A stretch of 64,000 nt of DNA from Hyphomicrobiaceae bacterium (GCA_035283385.1 DATETZ010000179.1:270-64269), one strand, 5' to 3'; numbered from the stretch's first letter, positions 40,514 through 51,479 are shown. Made by a program: numbers and translations. The notes: generated by a model not told the origin, from the letters alone.

Positions 40514-41359
40514 TCAGTGGGCCATGAGCACGGGCACAGTCATGTTCTGCAAAACATAGCGCGACACGCCGCCGAGGATGAGCTCGGTGAAGCGCGAATG
40601 CCCGTAGCAGCCCATGACCAGGAGATCGGCTCCACTTTCGTGAACGCGTGCCATCAGTGTTTCGCCGACGCCGGTCTTTGGCTGGATGACTTCAGTGGCC
40701 TCGCAGGTGACCTTGTGGCGCGCAAGCCCGGTGCAGAGATCGGCCGCCGGCAAGTCCTTGGCCTCATCTTCCTCGTCTTGCGGATTGACCCACAGGACTT
40801 TGACCTCGGCCGCTTTCTTGAGCAGGGGGAGAGCGTCGAATGCCGCCCGCGCAGCCTCGCGCCGTCCGTTCCAAGCGATCAGGACGCGCCTGCCGGCACC
40901 GACGTGGCTGCCCCGGTTCGGGATCAACAGCACGGGGCGGCCGGTTTGGAGCACGAGCTGATCGGGGGCTTCCATCATCCCCGAGAGCGGCCAGTCCGGG
41001 TCCGGCTGAGCCGATACGATGAGGTCGGCGGCGCGGGCGTACTCGACGACCTTGCGCCACACCGGCCAGGGCTTTGCATCCTCGCTCACCCACTCGGTGA
41101 TCAGGCCGGCGTCCCGGCTTGCGGTCTCGAACGCCGTCTTCATCCGTGCCGCTTCTTGGGCGAAAGCCTTTCTGTGGCTTTCGATTATCGTGGGGCCGGC
41201 CCCGCCCGGAGTAAAGGACGGCTCGACGATCGGCGGCGGAAGTACGGCAAGCCCGATCAGGTGGGCCTCGAAGCGGCGCGCAAGATCGAGCGCAGGGCTT
41301 AAAAGGTTCACGAGCCTGCGCTCGTCGTTGAAATGGACAAGGATCGTCTTATAGGACAT
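40514..41359 (-). CDS. Universal stress protein (tandem USP domains)
   Basis: YKTILVH, GRPVLLIP, AWNGRREAARA, ADLLVMGCYGHSR..E..LGGV, PVLMAH. Confidence 0.92.
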   Translation of the reverse strand: MSYKTILVHFNDERRLVNLLSPALDLARRFEAHLIGLAVLPPPIVEPSFTPGGAGPTIIESHRKAFAQEAARMKTAFETASRDAGLITEWVSEDAKPWPVWRKVVEYARAADLIVSAQPDPDWPLSGMMEAPDQLVLQTGRPVLLIPNRGSHVGAGRRVLIAWNGRREAARAAFDALPLLKKAAEVKVLWVNPQDEEDEAKDLPAADLCTGLARHKVTCEATEVIQPKTGVGETLMARVHESGADLLVMGCYGHSRFTELILGGVSRYVLQNMTVPVLMAH

Positions 41360-41414
41360 ACGGGTCTCCGGGCACGGATGTCGCTCAAACTGTGGCCGGA
41401 ACGCTCTTCAGGCC

Positions 41415-41428
41415 TTGATCGCCGTCAA
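41415..41428. promoter_or_regulatory. FNR/FixK box upstream of usp (40514-41359)
   Basis: TTGAT-CGCC-GTCAA, centred about 62 nt before the ATG. Confidence 0.8.
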
Positions 41429-41637
41429 CGCGTCCCGATCCTCGACGAGCCAAGCGGCTCGAAGGACCAGCCTATGGGCGGCGGCCGCACGCTCGCGCCG
41501 GTGCGATTTGCGCTTCGGGCACGCCCGGTGGGCGCAAGACCGCGCAGCGCCAGTCGGTCACGTGATTGGCGTCGGCGTCCGGGCTCGGCATCATGGCCAG
41601 GATGGCGTTTCGTTGTCCAACCAGTCAGGAGTGTCAA

Positions 41638-42087
41638 ATGAAGGCGACGCGGACATGGGTGCTGATCGCCGACGCCGGCCGGGCCAGGGTTCTCGAAAAC
41701 GACGGTCCGGGCCACGGATTGATACCGGTCGAGCGCATGGGCATGACCCATGAGCTTCCCCGGACGCACGAGCTGGTGGCGGATCGCCAGCCGCGCTCGA
41801 TCGAGTCCGTGGGGCACGCCCGGCATGCGATCGATGCCGGCATGGACCCGCACCGCAAGGAGAAGCAGAAATTCGCCAGCGACATCGCGGCCGCGCTGGA
41901 CAAGGAGCTCGCGGGCAACGCCTTCGACCGCCTGGTGATCGTCGCCGCGCCGCAAGCGCTGGGCGATTTGCGGGCCGCGATCTCTGAAGCGGTGCAAAAG
42001 AGAGTGCACAACGAGATCGCGTTGGACCTGACCAAAACGCCGAACGAGGATGTGGCGCGCCACCTCGGCCATATCCTGGCCTTATGA
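41638..42087 (+). CDS. Host-attachment (AtsE/baeRF-like) family protein
   Basis: TWVLIADAGRAR, FDRLVIVAAPQALGDLR, EI..DLTK. Confidence 0.85.
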   Translation: MKATRTWVLIADAGRARVLENDGPGHGLIPVERMGMTHELPRTHELVADRQPRSIESVGHARHAIDAGMDPHRKEKQKFASDIAAALDKELAGNAFDRLVIVAAPQALGDLRAAISEAVQKRVHNEIALDLTKTPNEDVARHLGHILAL

Positions 42088-42207
42088 GCCTTATGAGCCG
42101 TGCCGAGCAGGCACTCGACGCCGCTCCGGCACAACAGCCTCGAGCGGCCCCGGCAGTAGGCCGCTCAATATTGGCGCCGCGACGCTCGACCAGAGTTTCG
42201 CCTCAGC

Positions 42208-42266
42208 ACTCAGCAGACGCTCGGCTGGCACAGATGTACTCAGCAGACGCTCGGCTGGCACAGATG
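42208..42266. repeat. 29-bp tandem direct duplication (period 30)
   Basis: ACTCAGCAGACGCTCGGCTGGCACAGATG at 42208-42236 and 42238-42266. Confidence 0.95.
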
Positions 42267-42548
42267 CAGGTCGAACTTCTGGTGCGGCCGTTTGCGGTTG
42301 AAGTTGAACTCGCGTCCGTCGATGCAGGAGATCCGCCCCTCGATCGTGGTCTCGTCGCCGAGCTTCAGCTCGTTGAACATCAGCACCTGGTGAAGGTCGC
42401 ACCCCTTCTCCGCCTTGAGCTGCTGGTGCAGGAGAATGCGCCAGCGCCCGTCACTGGAAGGCTCGCCCTCGGCGTAGACGATACCGGGGAGGAGAGCCAA
42501 GGCTGCAACCAGCGCCGGTGCTCCCAAGCTTCTGCGCTTGAACGGCAT
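42240..42548 (-). CDS. Small exported Cys-containing hypothetical protein
   Basis: GAGG RBS; signal peptide; C...GRISC.DGR...F...CQP.VC. Confidence 0.7.
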   Translation of the reverse strand: MPFKRRSLGAPALVAALALLPGIVYAEGEPSSDGRWRILLHQQLKAEKGCDLHQVLMFNELKLGDETTIEGRISCIDGREFNFNRKRPHQKFDLHLCQPSVC

Positions 42549-42609
42549 TGCGGGCCTCGCTCACCTCGTTCATTGTTACTCAGACTCGACGCTCGCCGCT
42601 CGCGAAGCA

Positions 42610-42623
42610 TTGACCGGGGTCAA
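42610..42623. promoter_or_regulatory. FNR/FixK box between the divergent hypothetical gene and the second usp
   Basis: TTGAC-CGGG-GTCAA palindrome. Confidence 0.75.
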
Positions 42624-42672
42624 CGCACCGCAACTGGGGGGCAATCATCTTGCTGGGGCGGAGGGCCGCCCG

Positions 42673-43512
42673 ATGTCTTATAAGACAATTCTGGTGCACC
42701 TGAACAACGAGCGCCGGGCCGGGCCGCTGCTCGAGCTCGGCGCTGCGCTGGCGCGGCAGTTCGAGGCCCACCTTGTTGGTCTCCATGTCTTCCCGTCGTT
42801 CCGGTTGACGCCGCCCGTGCCGCTGCCGTTCGGCGGCGAGGTCGCCGGCGCCATTCGCAAGGAGATCCGCGAGGAGGCCGAACGCCTTAGGGCGGTATTC
42901 GATCGGGTCACGTCGACCCAATCGTTTGTCGCGGAGTGGCGCTCGATCACGACCGAGCGCACCGATGTGGCGACCGTCGTGCTCAATCATGCGCGGGCCG
43001 CGGACCTCGTCATTGCCAGCCAGGCCGATCCCGATTGGAGCTTCTCAGATATTCTCGACTGTCCGGATCGGCTGGCGATCGAGAGCGGACGCCCGGTTAT
43101 CGTCGTCCCCCGCGCCGGCCGCTTCGCGAGCCTGCCCAAGATCGTGGCCATCGCCTGGAACGGCCGGCGTGAGGCGGCGCGCGCCGTCTTCGACGCCATG
43201 CCGCTGCTTCAGCTTGCCGAGCTTGTGCATGTGCTGACGCTCGACGAGACCGGGCGGGAGCAGGAGGGCAGTTTGCCCGATACGGAGATTGGCGCCACTC
43301 TCGCCCGTCACCGCGTCAATGTGAGCCTCGGCAAATGGAGCGCGAAGGAGAGCTCCGCCGCCGATGAGCTCCGTAGAGCGGCAGTGAGGAAACACGCGGA
43401 ACTCTTGGTGATGGGCGCCTACGGTCACTCGCGCTTCAATGAGTTGGTATTCGGGGGAGCAACTCGTGGCATGCTCAAGAAAATGACAATGCCGGTCCTA
43501 TTCTCTCATTGA
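42673..43512 (+). CDS. Universal stress protein (paralogue of 40514-41359)
   Basis: Shared MSYKTILVH.N.ERR start; AWNGRREAARA; VMGAYGHSRF. Confidence 0.92.
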   Translation: MSYKTILVHLNNERRAGPLLELGAALARQFEAHLVGLHVFPSFRLTPPVPLPFGGEVAGAIRKEIREEAERLRAVFDRVTSTQSFVAEWRSITTERTDVATVVLNHARAADLVIASQADPDWSFSDILDCPDRLAIESGRPVIVVPRAGRFASLPKIVAIAWNGRREAARAVFDAMPLLQLAELVHVLTLDETGREQEGSLPDTEIGATLARHRVNVSLGKWSAKESSAADELRRAAVRKHAELLVMGAYGHSRFNELVFGGATRGMLKKMTMPVLFSH

Positions 43513-43524
43513 GCCGAGGTGGTC

Positions 43525-43920
43525 ATGTCGAAAGCGGACTCGGAGAAACTGCTGCGCCGCGTGCGGCTCGAGCTGGCGCGGGACCACGACAGCCCGAGCG
43601 GAAGCCGAGACAAGGGCTACGATTTCATAGCGCCCCTCGACGACAAGGGCCGCATTGTTGCGAGCGTGTGGAAAGAGCTCAAGGAGCGGTGCCGGGTGCG
43701 CCGGTTTTGGACAGGGGAGGCAGACGAGGTGGGGCACATCATCCATAAGCCGGGCGGCTCTTGGGCCTTCCACTACGACGTTCACGGCGATCCCGGCCAC
43801 GACGATGCGGGCTACCGCTTCGCCGATCACGCCTTTGTTCCGGGCGAGTACGTATCGCTCAAGGAGCAGGACGGCACTTTGCGCACGTTCCAAGTGGTGT
43901 CCGTGCGCGAGCTCGACTGA
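43525..43920 (+). CDS. Hypothetical protein
   Basis: RLELAR...P.GS...GY...APLD..G, CRVRRFW, W.F.YD, H.FVPGEYVS motif set; co-oriented with usp. Confidence 0.75.
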   Translation: MSKADSEKLLRRVRLELARDHDSPSGSRDKGYDFIAPLDDKGRIVASVWKELKERCRVRRFWTGEADEVGHIIHKPGGSWAFHYDVHGDPGHDDAGYRFADHAFVPGEYVSLKEQDGTLRTFQVVSVRELD

Positions 43921-43940
43921 CCGGCCTGGGTTCTACCGGG

Positions 43941-45221
43941 TCACCCGCCCGGCGCCGCCAGGATTGCGAAGTCGGCCACAATGAAGAGGATGCAGCTCGA
44001 GAATCCGAGCAGCGGAACCCAGCGGGGGACACGAAAAATGCCGGGCGGGGGCTGGTCCTCTCGCGACTTGATCCGGTAGAGCGCCAGATTGACGATCGCG
44101 AACAAGACGAGCGTCAGCCGCGCCGAGAGATCGGCAAGCTCGGCTATCGGCAGCAGAAGGGCAAAGACGAGAACGATAGCGGCGCCCAGCCCGGTCGCAA
44201 GAACCGGCGTCTGTGTCGCAGGGCTGATCTCGCCCAGCGTGGACGGCAAATTGCCCTGCCGGGACAATCCGTACATGACGCGCGAGGCCATGATCATGTT
44301 GACGACGATGCCGTTCAATGTCGCCACGATGGCGATGGCGCTCATGGTTCGCGGAGAGGCCCCCGTCAGGTGTTCGAACACCAGCGCCAAGGGAGCCTTC
44401 GAGGCCGCGAGCGTCTGCGGCCCGAGGGCCGCCAGCGCCACCCACATGACGAGGACATAGAGGACGGTCGTGATGGCAAGGGTCAGCATGATCGCCCGCG
44501 GCATGGTACGGCTCGGATCCTTCATCTCCTCGGCAATGTTGACGATCCCCTCGAAGCCGATGAAGGCGAAGACGGCGAGCATCGACGCGCTGAAGATGGC
44601 GACCGAAGCGCTGGGATCGAGCGCTCCCGCGACGATCTCGGGGGCGCGCGTGACCACATCCGGCTCGAACAGAAAGCCGGCGGCGATGACGATCGCGAGC
44701 CCCCCGACCTCGATCAAGGTCATGACGCCGGCAAAGGTCACCGACTCGCGAATTCCCCGGGTGGCGATCAGGCCCATGGAGAGAACCACGCCGGCGATGA
44801 GGATGCGCTCGGGGAGATCGATGAACACACCGATGTAGCCGGCCGCCCCCACGCTGATGGTCGATGCCGACACCAGGGACATGGCGATGACGAGCAGCCC
44901 CACCGCGGCCGCGACGCGCTCCGACCGGAACGCTGCGCGGGCGAAAGCCGCTTCCCCGGCCGCGACCGGCATCCTGACGCCCAGCTCGGCCAGCGAGGCT
45001 CCCGTAAGACCAACGAGGACGGCGGTGACGACGAACGCGATCGGGGCGTGCATCCCGGCGCGGCCGGCCGCCGCGGCGATCAGGACATAGATGCCGGCGC
45101 CGATGGTGACGCCGAGCCCGTAAAGCACGGCGTGCGTGAGGCCGAGCGAGCGGCGGAGCCCGATCGGGGCGGCGGGCGGCGGGCGGGGATGCTGAGGTCC
45201 GGTCGGGGCTTGGCCTGTCAT
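43941..45221 (-). CDS. APC-family amino acid permease
   Basis: LRRSLG..YGLG.TIGAGIY, FAFIGFE...AEE, about 12 TM helices. Confidence 0.9.
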   Translation of the reverse strand: MTGQAPTGPQHPRPPPAAPIGLRRSLGLTHAVLYGLGVTIGAGIYVLIAAAAGRAGMHAPIAFVVTAVLVGLTGASLAELGVRMPVAAGEAAFARAAFRSERVAAAVGLLVIAMSLVSASTISVGAAGYIGVFIDLPERILIAGVVLSMGLIATRGIRESVTFAGVMTLIEVGGLAIVIAAGFLFEPDVVTRAPEIVAGALDPSASVAIFSASMLAVFAFIGFEGIVNIAEEMKDPSRTMPRAIMLTLAITTVLYVLVMWVALAALGPQTLAASKAPLALVFEHLTGASPRTMSAIAIVATLNGIVVNMIMASRVMYGLSRQGNLPSTLGEISPATQTPVLATGLGAAIVLVFALLLPIAELADLSARLTLVLFAIVNLALYRIKSREDQPPPGIFRVPRWVPLLGFSSCILFIVADFAILAAPGG

Positions 45222-45355
45222 GGTACCGGCAGGGTAATCACCTCGACGACGGCCTCTGAGACAGGCTGGTAAATGACAATCCGCTGCGCACGAGAGGGCT
45301 TCATCGGAGGCGACGCCGCCCCACCTTCGCTCACAGGCGGACGTTCGAGCTTGTT

Positions 45356-45369
45356 TTGATAGGCGTCAA
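45356..45369. promoter_or_regulatory. FNR/FixK box upstream of hsp20
   Basis: TTGAT-AGGC-GTCAA. Confidence 0.8.
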
Positions 45370-45434
45370 GGCCGAAGCCGGATGCGCCACTATGGTTGCA
45401 TCCATCCATGCAACCATATCAAGGAGCAAGTGAC

Positions 45435-45929
45435 ATGAAAGGAGAATCTTGGCTGCCCTCGCTGTGGAGCGAGCGCAGGGGTGAGATCGATCCGTTCCGT
45501 GTTTTGAGATCGCAAATGGATGATCTGTTCAGCGGCTGGGTTGGCGGATTACCCCGGCTCGCGGGCATCTCCGATGACTTCCTCGCGCTGAGGGTCGACG
45601 TCAGCGAGACGCCGACCGAGTTGACTGTCAAGGCGGATCTCCCGGGTGTCGAGCAGAAGGACATCGACATTACGGTTTCCGGCGACCAACTGACGATCAG
45701 GGCCGAAAAAAGGTCGGAGGCCGAGCAGGAAACGGACGAGAAGGGCCGCATTTTTCACCGGGTCGAGCGGTCCTACGGCTCGTTCCAGCGCACCATGACG
45801 CTGCCTTACACTATCGATACCAGCAAGGTGGCGGCGAGCTTCAAGGACGGCGTGCTCACGGTCAGCCTGCCGAAGCCGCCGGAAGTCCAGAAGCAGGCGA
45901 AGAAGATCGAAGTGAAGCCGGCTGCTTGA
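45435..45929 (+). CDS. Hsp20/alpha-crystallin small heat shock protein
   Basis: DVSET, ADLPG, ERSYGSFQR, A.FKDGVL.V.LPK, C-terminal IEV. Confidence 0.93.
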   Translation: MKGESWLPSLWSERRGEIDPFRVLRSQMDDLFSGWVGGLPRLAGISDDFLALRVDVSETPTELTVKADLPGVEQKDIDITVSGDQLTIRAEKRSEAEQETDEKGRIFHRVERSYGSFQRTMTLPYTIDTSKVAASFKDGVLTVSLPKPPEVQKQAKKIEVKPAA

Positions 45930-46131
45930 GGAAGCCGGACCCCGCCGCCAGGCCGATGAGGCCTGGCGCATGGGTTGTTTTGAGCCTCATGGCATGGCGA
46001 CGCGCCGGGAGGACGGCATTACTGGCTGGCGGTGTGCGCGGAGGCTCCCTGGCGGGACGAATGAATCCTGCGCCGGGCCGTGATGCCGAGGCACGTCGCC
46101 GCGGCGCCCTGGCACATGACGGAACGGATTC

Positions 46132-46145
46132 TTGACACCGCTCAA
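46132..46145. promoter_or_regulatory. FNR/FixK-like box upstream of the 46219 gene
   Basis: TTGAC-ACCG-CTCAA. Confidence 0.55.
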
Positions 46146-46218
46146 GGCGCGCAACTCCGCGAAGATCAAAGTCCGGGCAGCGGCAGGCTGTCTGGCGGCC
46201 ATGCGGCCGTGAGCGAAA

Positions 46219-46497
46219 ATGATAACACTTGAAGATTGCATTGCGTTGTGTGGCCTGACCGAGGCGCAGGTGCTCGCCATCGCCGAGCACGAGCATGTGC
46301 CCGAGGTGATCGCCGCGGGACTGGGCGAGACCCTGCTCAGACAGGCGCATGGCCCGGAGAGGGTTCGCCAGATGATCGTCGACGACGTCCGCGCGGCCCA
46401 CGCGAGGGGCGATCTGAGGCACGTGCGCGAGCTATTGGTCTGCCTCAAGCAATTCCTCGACCAGCATCCAGAGGCCGTCCCGTCGACCGCTGGGTAG
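46219..46497 (+). CDS. Small hypothetical protein
   Basis: MITLEDC..LCGLTE..V.AIAEHEH.PE..A motif; C-terminal F...HP. Confidence 0.75.
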   Translation: MITLEDCIALCGLTEAQVLAIAEHEHVPEVIAAGLGETLLRQAHGPERVRQMIVDDVRAAHARGDLRHVRELLVCLKQFLDQHPEAVPSTAG

Positions 46498-46805
46498 GGC
46501 GCGGGTCCGGGGCTGCCGTGACAGATGGTTCCGCGCGCTCGACCTGCGCGCAGAGGGAGCTGTTGGCTCGCGGGTATCACCGGGGCCGGAAAATTCGCCC
46601 CCGCGATGCCAGTGTGGTGCCAATTTCGACCGCGCGTGTATGATGTAGACTCACTCGGTTTCCGATCGCGAGGCGCAATTGCACCAACCTCGCTTGAAAG
46701 AGGTCGGTAAATCATAAGCTTAGCGTGACGATGCCAGCGGAACTCCAGGATCGGAGTTTCGCGATGCCGACATTAGCAGCCCCTTGGCTCTCGGGAGGTC
46801 GAGCG

Positions 46806-47288
46806 ATGTTTGAAACGAGCTGCAAGCCAATGGTGTCAGGCGGGAAGCCCGGCGGAGCATTGGGAGCTGGTCCGGGCCGTGCGCGTCGTCTCGCGCGGGG
46901 GCCGCTCTTGTCCTGGGCGCTGATTGGCGCCGGCGCCGTTTCGATTCTGCTCGGCGGCAACCGTGCCGAGGCGGGAAGCCTCGATGGTGCGTGGAGCGGC
47001 GGCGGCTCGGTCAGCTTCTCGTCCGGACAGAAGGAAAGGGCGCGATGCCGGGCCAATTACCGCCGGGCCTCGAAGTCGAGCTACGTCGTCAATGCCAACT
47101 GCGCGACATCATCCGCCTCTGTCGCACAGACGGCGACCGTGCGGGGCTCGGGAAACAGCTACCAGGGCAGATTCTACAACGCCGAGTATGATGCGTCGGG
47201 CACGATCTACGTTGTCGTGCACGGACGCAGCCAAACGGTCAGGATCAACAGCACGAAGGGGTCTGCGCTTCTGCGCCTCAGCCGCTGA
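46806..47288 (+). CDS. Exported hypothetical beta-rich protein (start uncertain)
   Basis: Hydrophobic signal, then GAWSGGG.V....G.KERARCRA.Y....CA. Confidence 0.65.
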   Translation: MFETSCKPMVSGGKPGGALGAGPGRARRLARGPLLSWALIGAGAVSILLGGNRAEAGSLDGAWSGGGSVSFSSGQKERARCRANYRRASKSSYVVNANCATSSASVAQTATVRGSGNSYQGRFYNAEYDASGTIYVVVHGRSQTVRINSTKGSALLRLSR

Positions 47289-47443
47289 CGCATGGCTCGC
47301 GGCCAGCCGGCCCTTCGACCGGCGGCGGGAGTGGTCGGCGCGCACAGCTCCCTCTCCCTCCATGAGAAGCAGGGCTCCGCCACGGCGGAGTGGGGCGCGA
47401 GCGCATCACTTCATCCTTGAGACGGCTCCGGTCTCGGCGCCCG

Positions 47444-48238
47444 TCACCGCCAGCGCCGGAGCGACGTTCTCGCAAACACCCATTCGGGTGTCATGAGCTG
47501 CTCGCCGATGACGGTCGAGTACCAGGGCGAGCCGTCGCTCGTCTGCGGGTTTTTCAGCACATGCATCTCTTGCGCCGGCATGTAGCTCTGCACGAGAAGA
47601 AATCGCCTCTCGCCTGTCGCCTTGTTCTCGGCCATATCGGCCACCAGCACCGCGTGCCCCGGAAATCCGCCCTTGATGAAGACGTCGCCGATCCCGACGT
47701 CCTCGATCCTTACCGGTTTCAGCTCGCGCTCGAGCGAGTAGGTCCCGGCGTAGGCGAACACGTAATCCATGTACTTGCGGAACGACGTGTAGTCAGATCT
47801 ACCGCGGCGCGCGAAGGCGAGGCGTTTGCCGTCCGTATCGTTGAAGGCGATGGCGCGCATTCGCCCCGAGGCGTAAAGCCACTCGGCGCGCAGCCGCATG
47901 ATCGCATCCGCGCACTGTTGCAGGTCGCGCGTGCCGACGTCGATGTCGATCACCGCGACGTGTACGTCCTGCCGCGATTTCGGCGCTCCGGTATAGGTGA
48001 GGACGGGAGCGTTTTCGGCCTTGAGGGGAAGCCCGCGCAGCCAGTCGGCCCAGCTGCCGGGCTCCACCGGGACGCGCTCGAAGCCGGGTGGAGGCGCGAG
48101 GCGCGATTCGAGCGTGTCGGTTGGCGCGCCGGTGCTGGGCCGCCACGAATAGTTAGGTCCGGCCTGGGCGGCCAGTGTGGCGCCGGCGGTCAGGATTGAA
48201 GCCAGCCAGAGTGTCGCTTCGCGGCGGCATCGACACAT
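47444..48238 (-). CDS. DUF4846-like exported protein
   Basis: P.GFERV...SWA.WLR.LPLK, DLQQCADA.MRLRAE, YAGT.SL, GG.PGHAV.V.D, QSYMPAQ. Confidence 0.75.
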   Translation of the reverse strand: MCRCRREATLWLASILTAGATLAAQAGPNYSWRPSTGAPTDTLESRLAPPPGFERVPVEPGSWADWLRGLPLKAENAPVLTYTGAPKSRQDVHVAVIDIDVGTRDLQQCADAIMRLRAEWLYASGRMRAIAFNDTDGKRLAFARRGRSDYTSFRKYMDYVFAYAGTYSLERELKPVRIEDVGIGDVFIKGGFPGHAVLVADMAENKATGERRFLLVQSYMPAQEMHVLKNPQTSDGSPWYSTVIGEQLMTPEWVFARTSLRRWR

Positions 48239-48339
48239 GTCGGGTCGTCCGTTTGGTAGGTTCCGGTTGCGAACCAAAGCTCAAGCATGCCCGCGGACGG
48301 TGTCGGTCCGATGACCGCCTGAAATGACTGTCAGACAAG

Positions 48340-48770
48340 CTTGAGCCCGGCGGGACTTTCGTCCTCCGGGCTCGCCGGATCGGGTTGTCGGGCATATGGT
48401 GTCTGCGGCCGGGTCACGTGTCCCGGATCTCTGGAGGCCTCGGCCTCGCTCTCTCCGGCAGTGCCCTGTGTCCGCTCTCGTTGCCCCAACCCAATCGCAT
48501 GGGGTTTCCCATGGGTTTTGCGGGCTTTAGCCTTTCCGAGCCGCGCATCCTCGCCAAAGCGGTGCTTCACCATGAAGCACGCGCATTCTCGACCGAGAAA
48601 CCCGCCGTCGAGCGCGCAAGGAAATAACGCCCCTTTAGACCAAAGTATCCGCTCACGGATATCGAATTGTCGGAATGTGCCGCCGACGCGCGATGGTTCC
48701 TCAGGAACCGGCGTCACGCGGCGCCAACTGGCCCGGTGGGGACATCGAGACCTCCTTTCGAGGAGTGTGC
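48340..48770 (-). ncRNA. Candidate structured non-coding RNA or long leader, family not recognised
   Basis: TTGACA-17 nt-CAGACT promoter-like site at 48801-48773, about ten consecutive hairpins and a long terminal stem with a GAAA loop; no convincing protein ORF. Confidence 0.35.
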
Positions 48771-49019
48771 CGAGTCTGGACATCTTCCTCCACCCTGTCA
48801 AATCACAATCATTCCGCGCGGCGGCTTCCATGTGAAGACGGGCGCAGGTCGTGGCGGAGAGCCGTTGCGTGGTCCCGCGGCGGTTCGATGGACCGTGATG
48901 GTTTACCAAATGTTGACCGCCGCAAAGCTAGGCTCGGTGGACGAGGGAACGCCACGATTGCCGCGGTCACATGCGTCCTTCGTGATCTTCCGCGCCACCG
49001 CTCGCCGGGAGTAACAGTG

Positions 49020-49325
49020 ATGAAGTCGGTGCTTGGCGTTTTTTCCTTGCTCGCGCTCGGCCTCTTGGGGGCCGGTGTGCTGGCCGTCGTCGGATCTGCG
49101 CCCTTGACGCGCTTTTCCTCGGGCGCCGGGTCCGAGGGCGGGTTCGTGAGGGACTACCGGTCGCTCCTCCTGGGGGTGGCGATCGGCGTCGTTCTGTCCA
49201 CGCTTGCGCGCATCTCGTGGGCCGAGATGCCGCGCCGTGTGGCCACCTGGCTGCTCGCCAACGAGCGCAACTTCGTGCGCCTTGCCTGGGCGGCGGCCCT
49301 GGTGGCGGTCCTCTTGTTCTACTGA
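49020..49325 (+). CDS. Small membrane hypothetical protein
   Basis: GGGAG RBS; three hydrophobic segments. Confidence 0.6.
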   Translation: MKSVLGVFSLLALGLLGAGVLAVVGSAPLTRFSSGAGSEGGFVRDYRSLLLGVAIGVVLSTLARISWAEMPRRVATWLLANERNFVRLAWAAALVAVLLFY

Positions 49326-49414
49326 GGCGGCCTGCGTCGGCCGAGGCAATCGCGCAAGCCTGACTGGAGCGGCGTAACCGCGCGCCGTTTGCGCGGCCCC
49401 GGCGCGAATGGCAA

Positions 49415-49436
49415 GGGGCAGCCGCGAGGCCGCCCC
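49415..49436 (-). terminator. Putative terminator hairpin after glnA
   Basis: GGGGCGGCC-TCGC-GGCTGCCCC stem-loop about 40 nt after the stop codon; weak U-tract. Confidence 0.4.
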
Positions 49437-49474
49437 AAACGCCGGTTCCGATTGTCCTGCAAAACGAGCCCGAT

Positions 49475-50884
<1,410 letters not shown>

Positions 50885-50941
50885 AAGCACTCCCCTTCTG
50901 CGAACCAGGCTTGAAACAGTGAAGCCGGAACTCCTTCGGGC

Positions 50942-51286
<345 letters not shown>

Positions 51287-51341
51287 CTAGACCTCCAGCA
51301 TTCCGATCTTCTATCCATGTGTGCCGGACGCGCCAACGGTT

Positions 51342-51358
51342 AGCACGGCCCATGCCAA
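51342..51358 (-). promoter_or_regulatory. Sigma54 (-24/-12) promoter of glnB-glnA
   Basis: Minus strand TTGGCATGGGCCGTGCT, GG-N10-GC spacing. Confidence 0.75.
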
Positions 51359-51442
51359 TTGGTGAGCAACAAATAAAAGGCTGCTCTTTCAATATCTTGA
51401 TTGGCGTGTGGCGGTTCCAACCCTACGCTGGTCGACACTGGC

Positions 51443-51479
51443 TGCACGCCGGGCGGGCAGCCTGGCGCATTCTTGAGCA
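51443..51479. promoter_or_regulatory. Possible NtrC sites upstream of the sigma54 promoter
   Basis: TGCAC-N7-GGGCA (GC-N11-GC) and a weaker TGGCG-N7-GAGCA about 100 bp upstream; degenerate. Confidence 0.3.

Noticed and set aside
41562-41575. FixK box upstream of the host-attachment gene (GTGAT-TGGC-GTCGG)
   Set aside because: Position fits but there are too many mismatches to call
42208-42266. Mini-CRISPR
   Set aside because: Only two copies separated by 1 nt, and the unit is the coding 3' end of a gene
48340-48770. RNase P, tmRNA, SRP, 6S RNA, group II intron, glycine or cobalamin riboswitch
   Set aside because: I could not find their hallmark motifs (e.g. GAGGAAAGTCC, the ANDN tag frame, intron domain V, CTCTCAGG, the B12 box); a cmscan is still needed
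48331-48909. 192-aa (-) and 164-aa (+) ORFs as real proteins
   Set aside because: No recognisable motifs, shadow-ORF-like composition and weak RBS context
48902-48917. CtrA-like box (TTTA-N7-TTGAC)
   Set aside because: Two mismatches to TTAA-N7-TTAAC and no corroborating context
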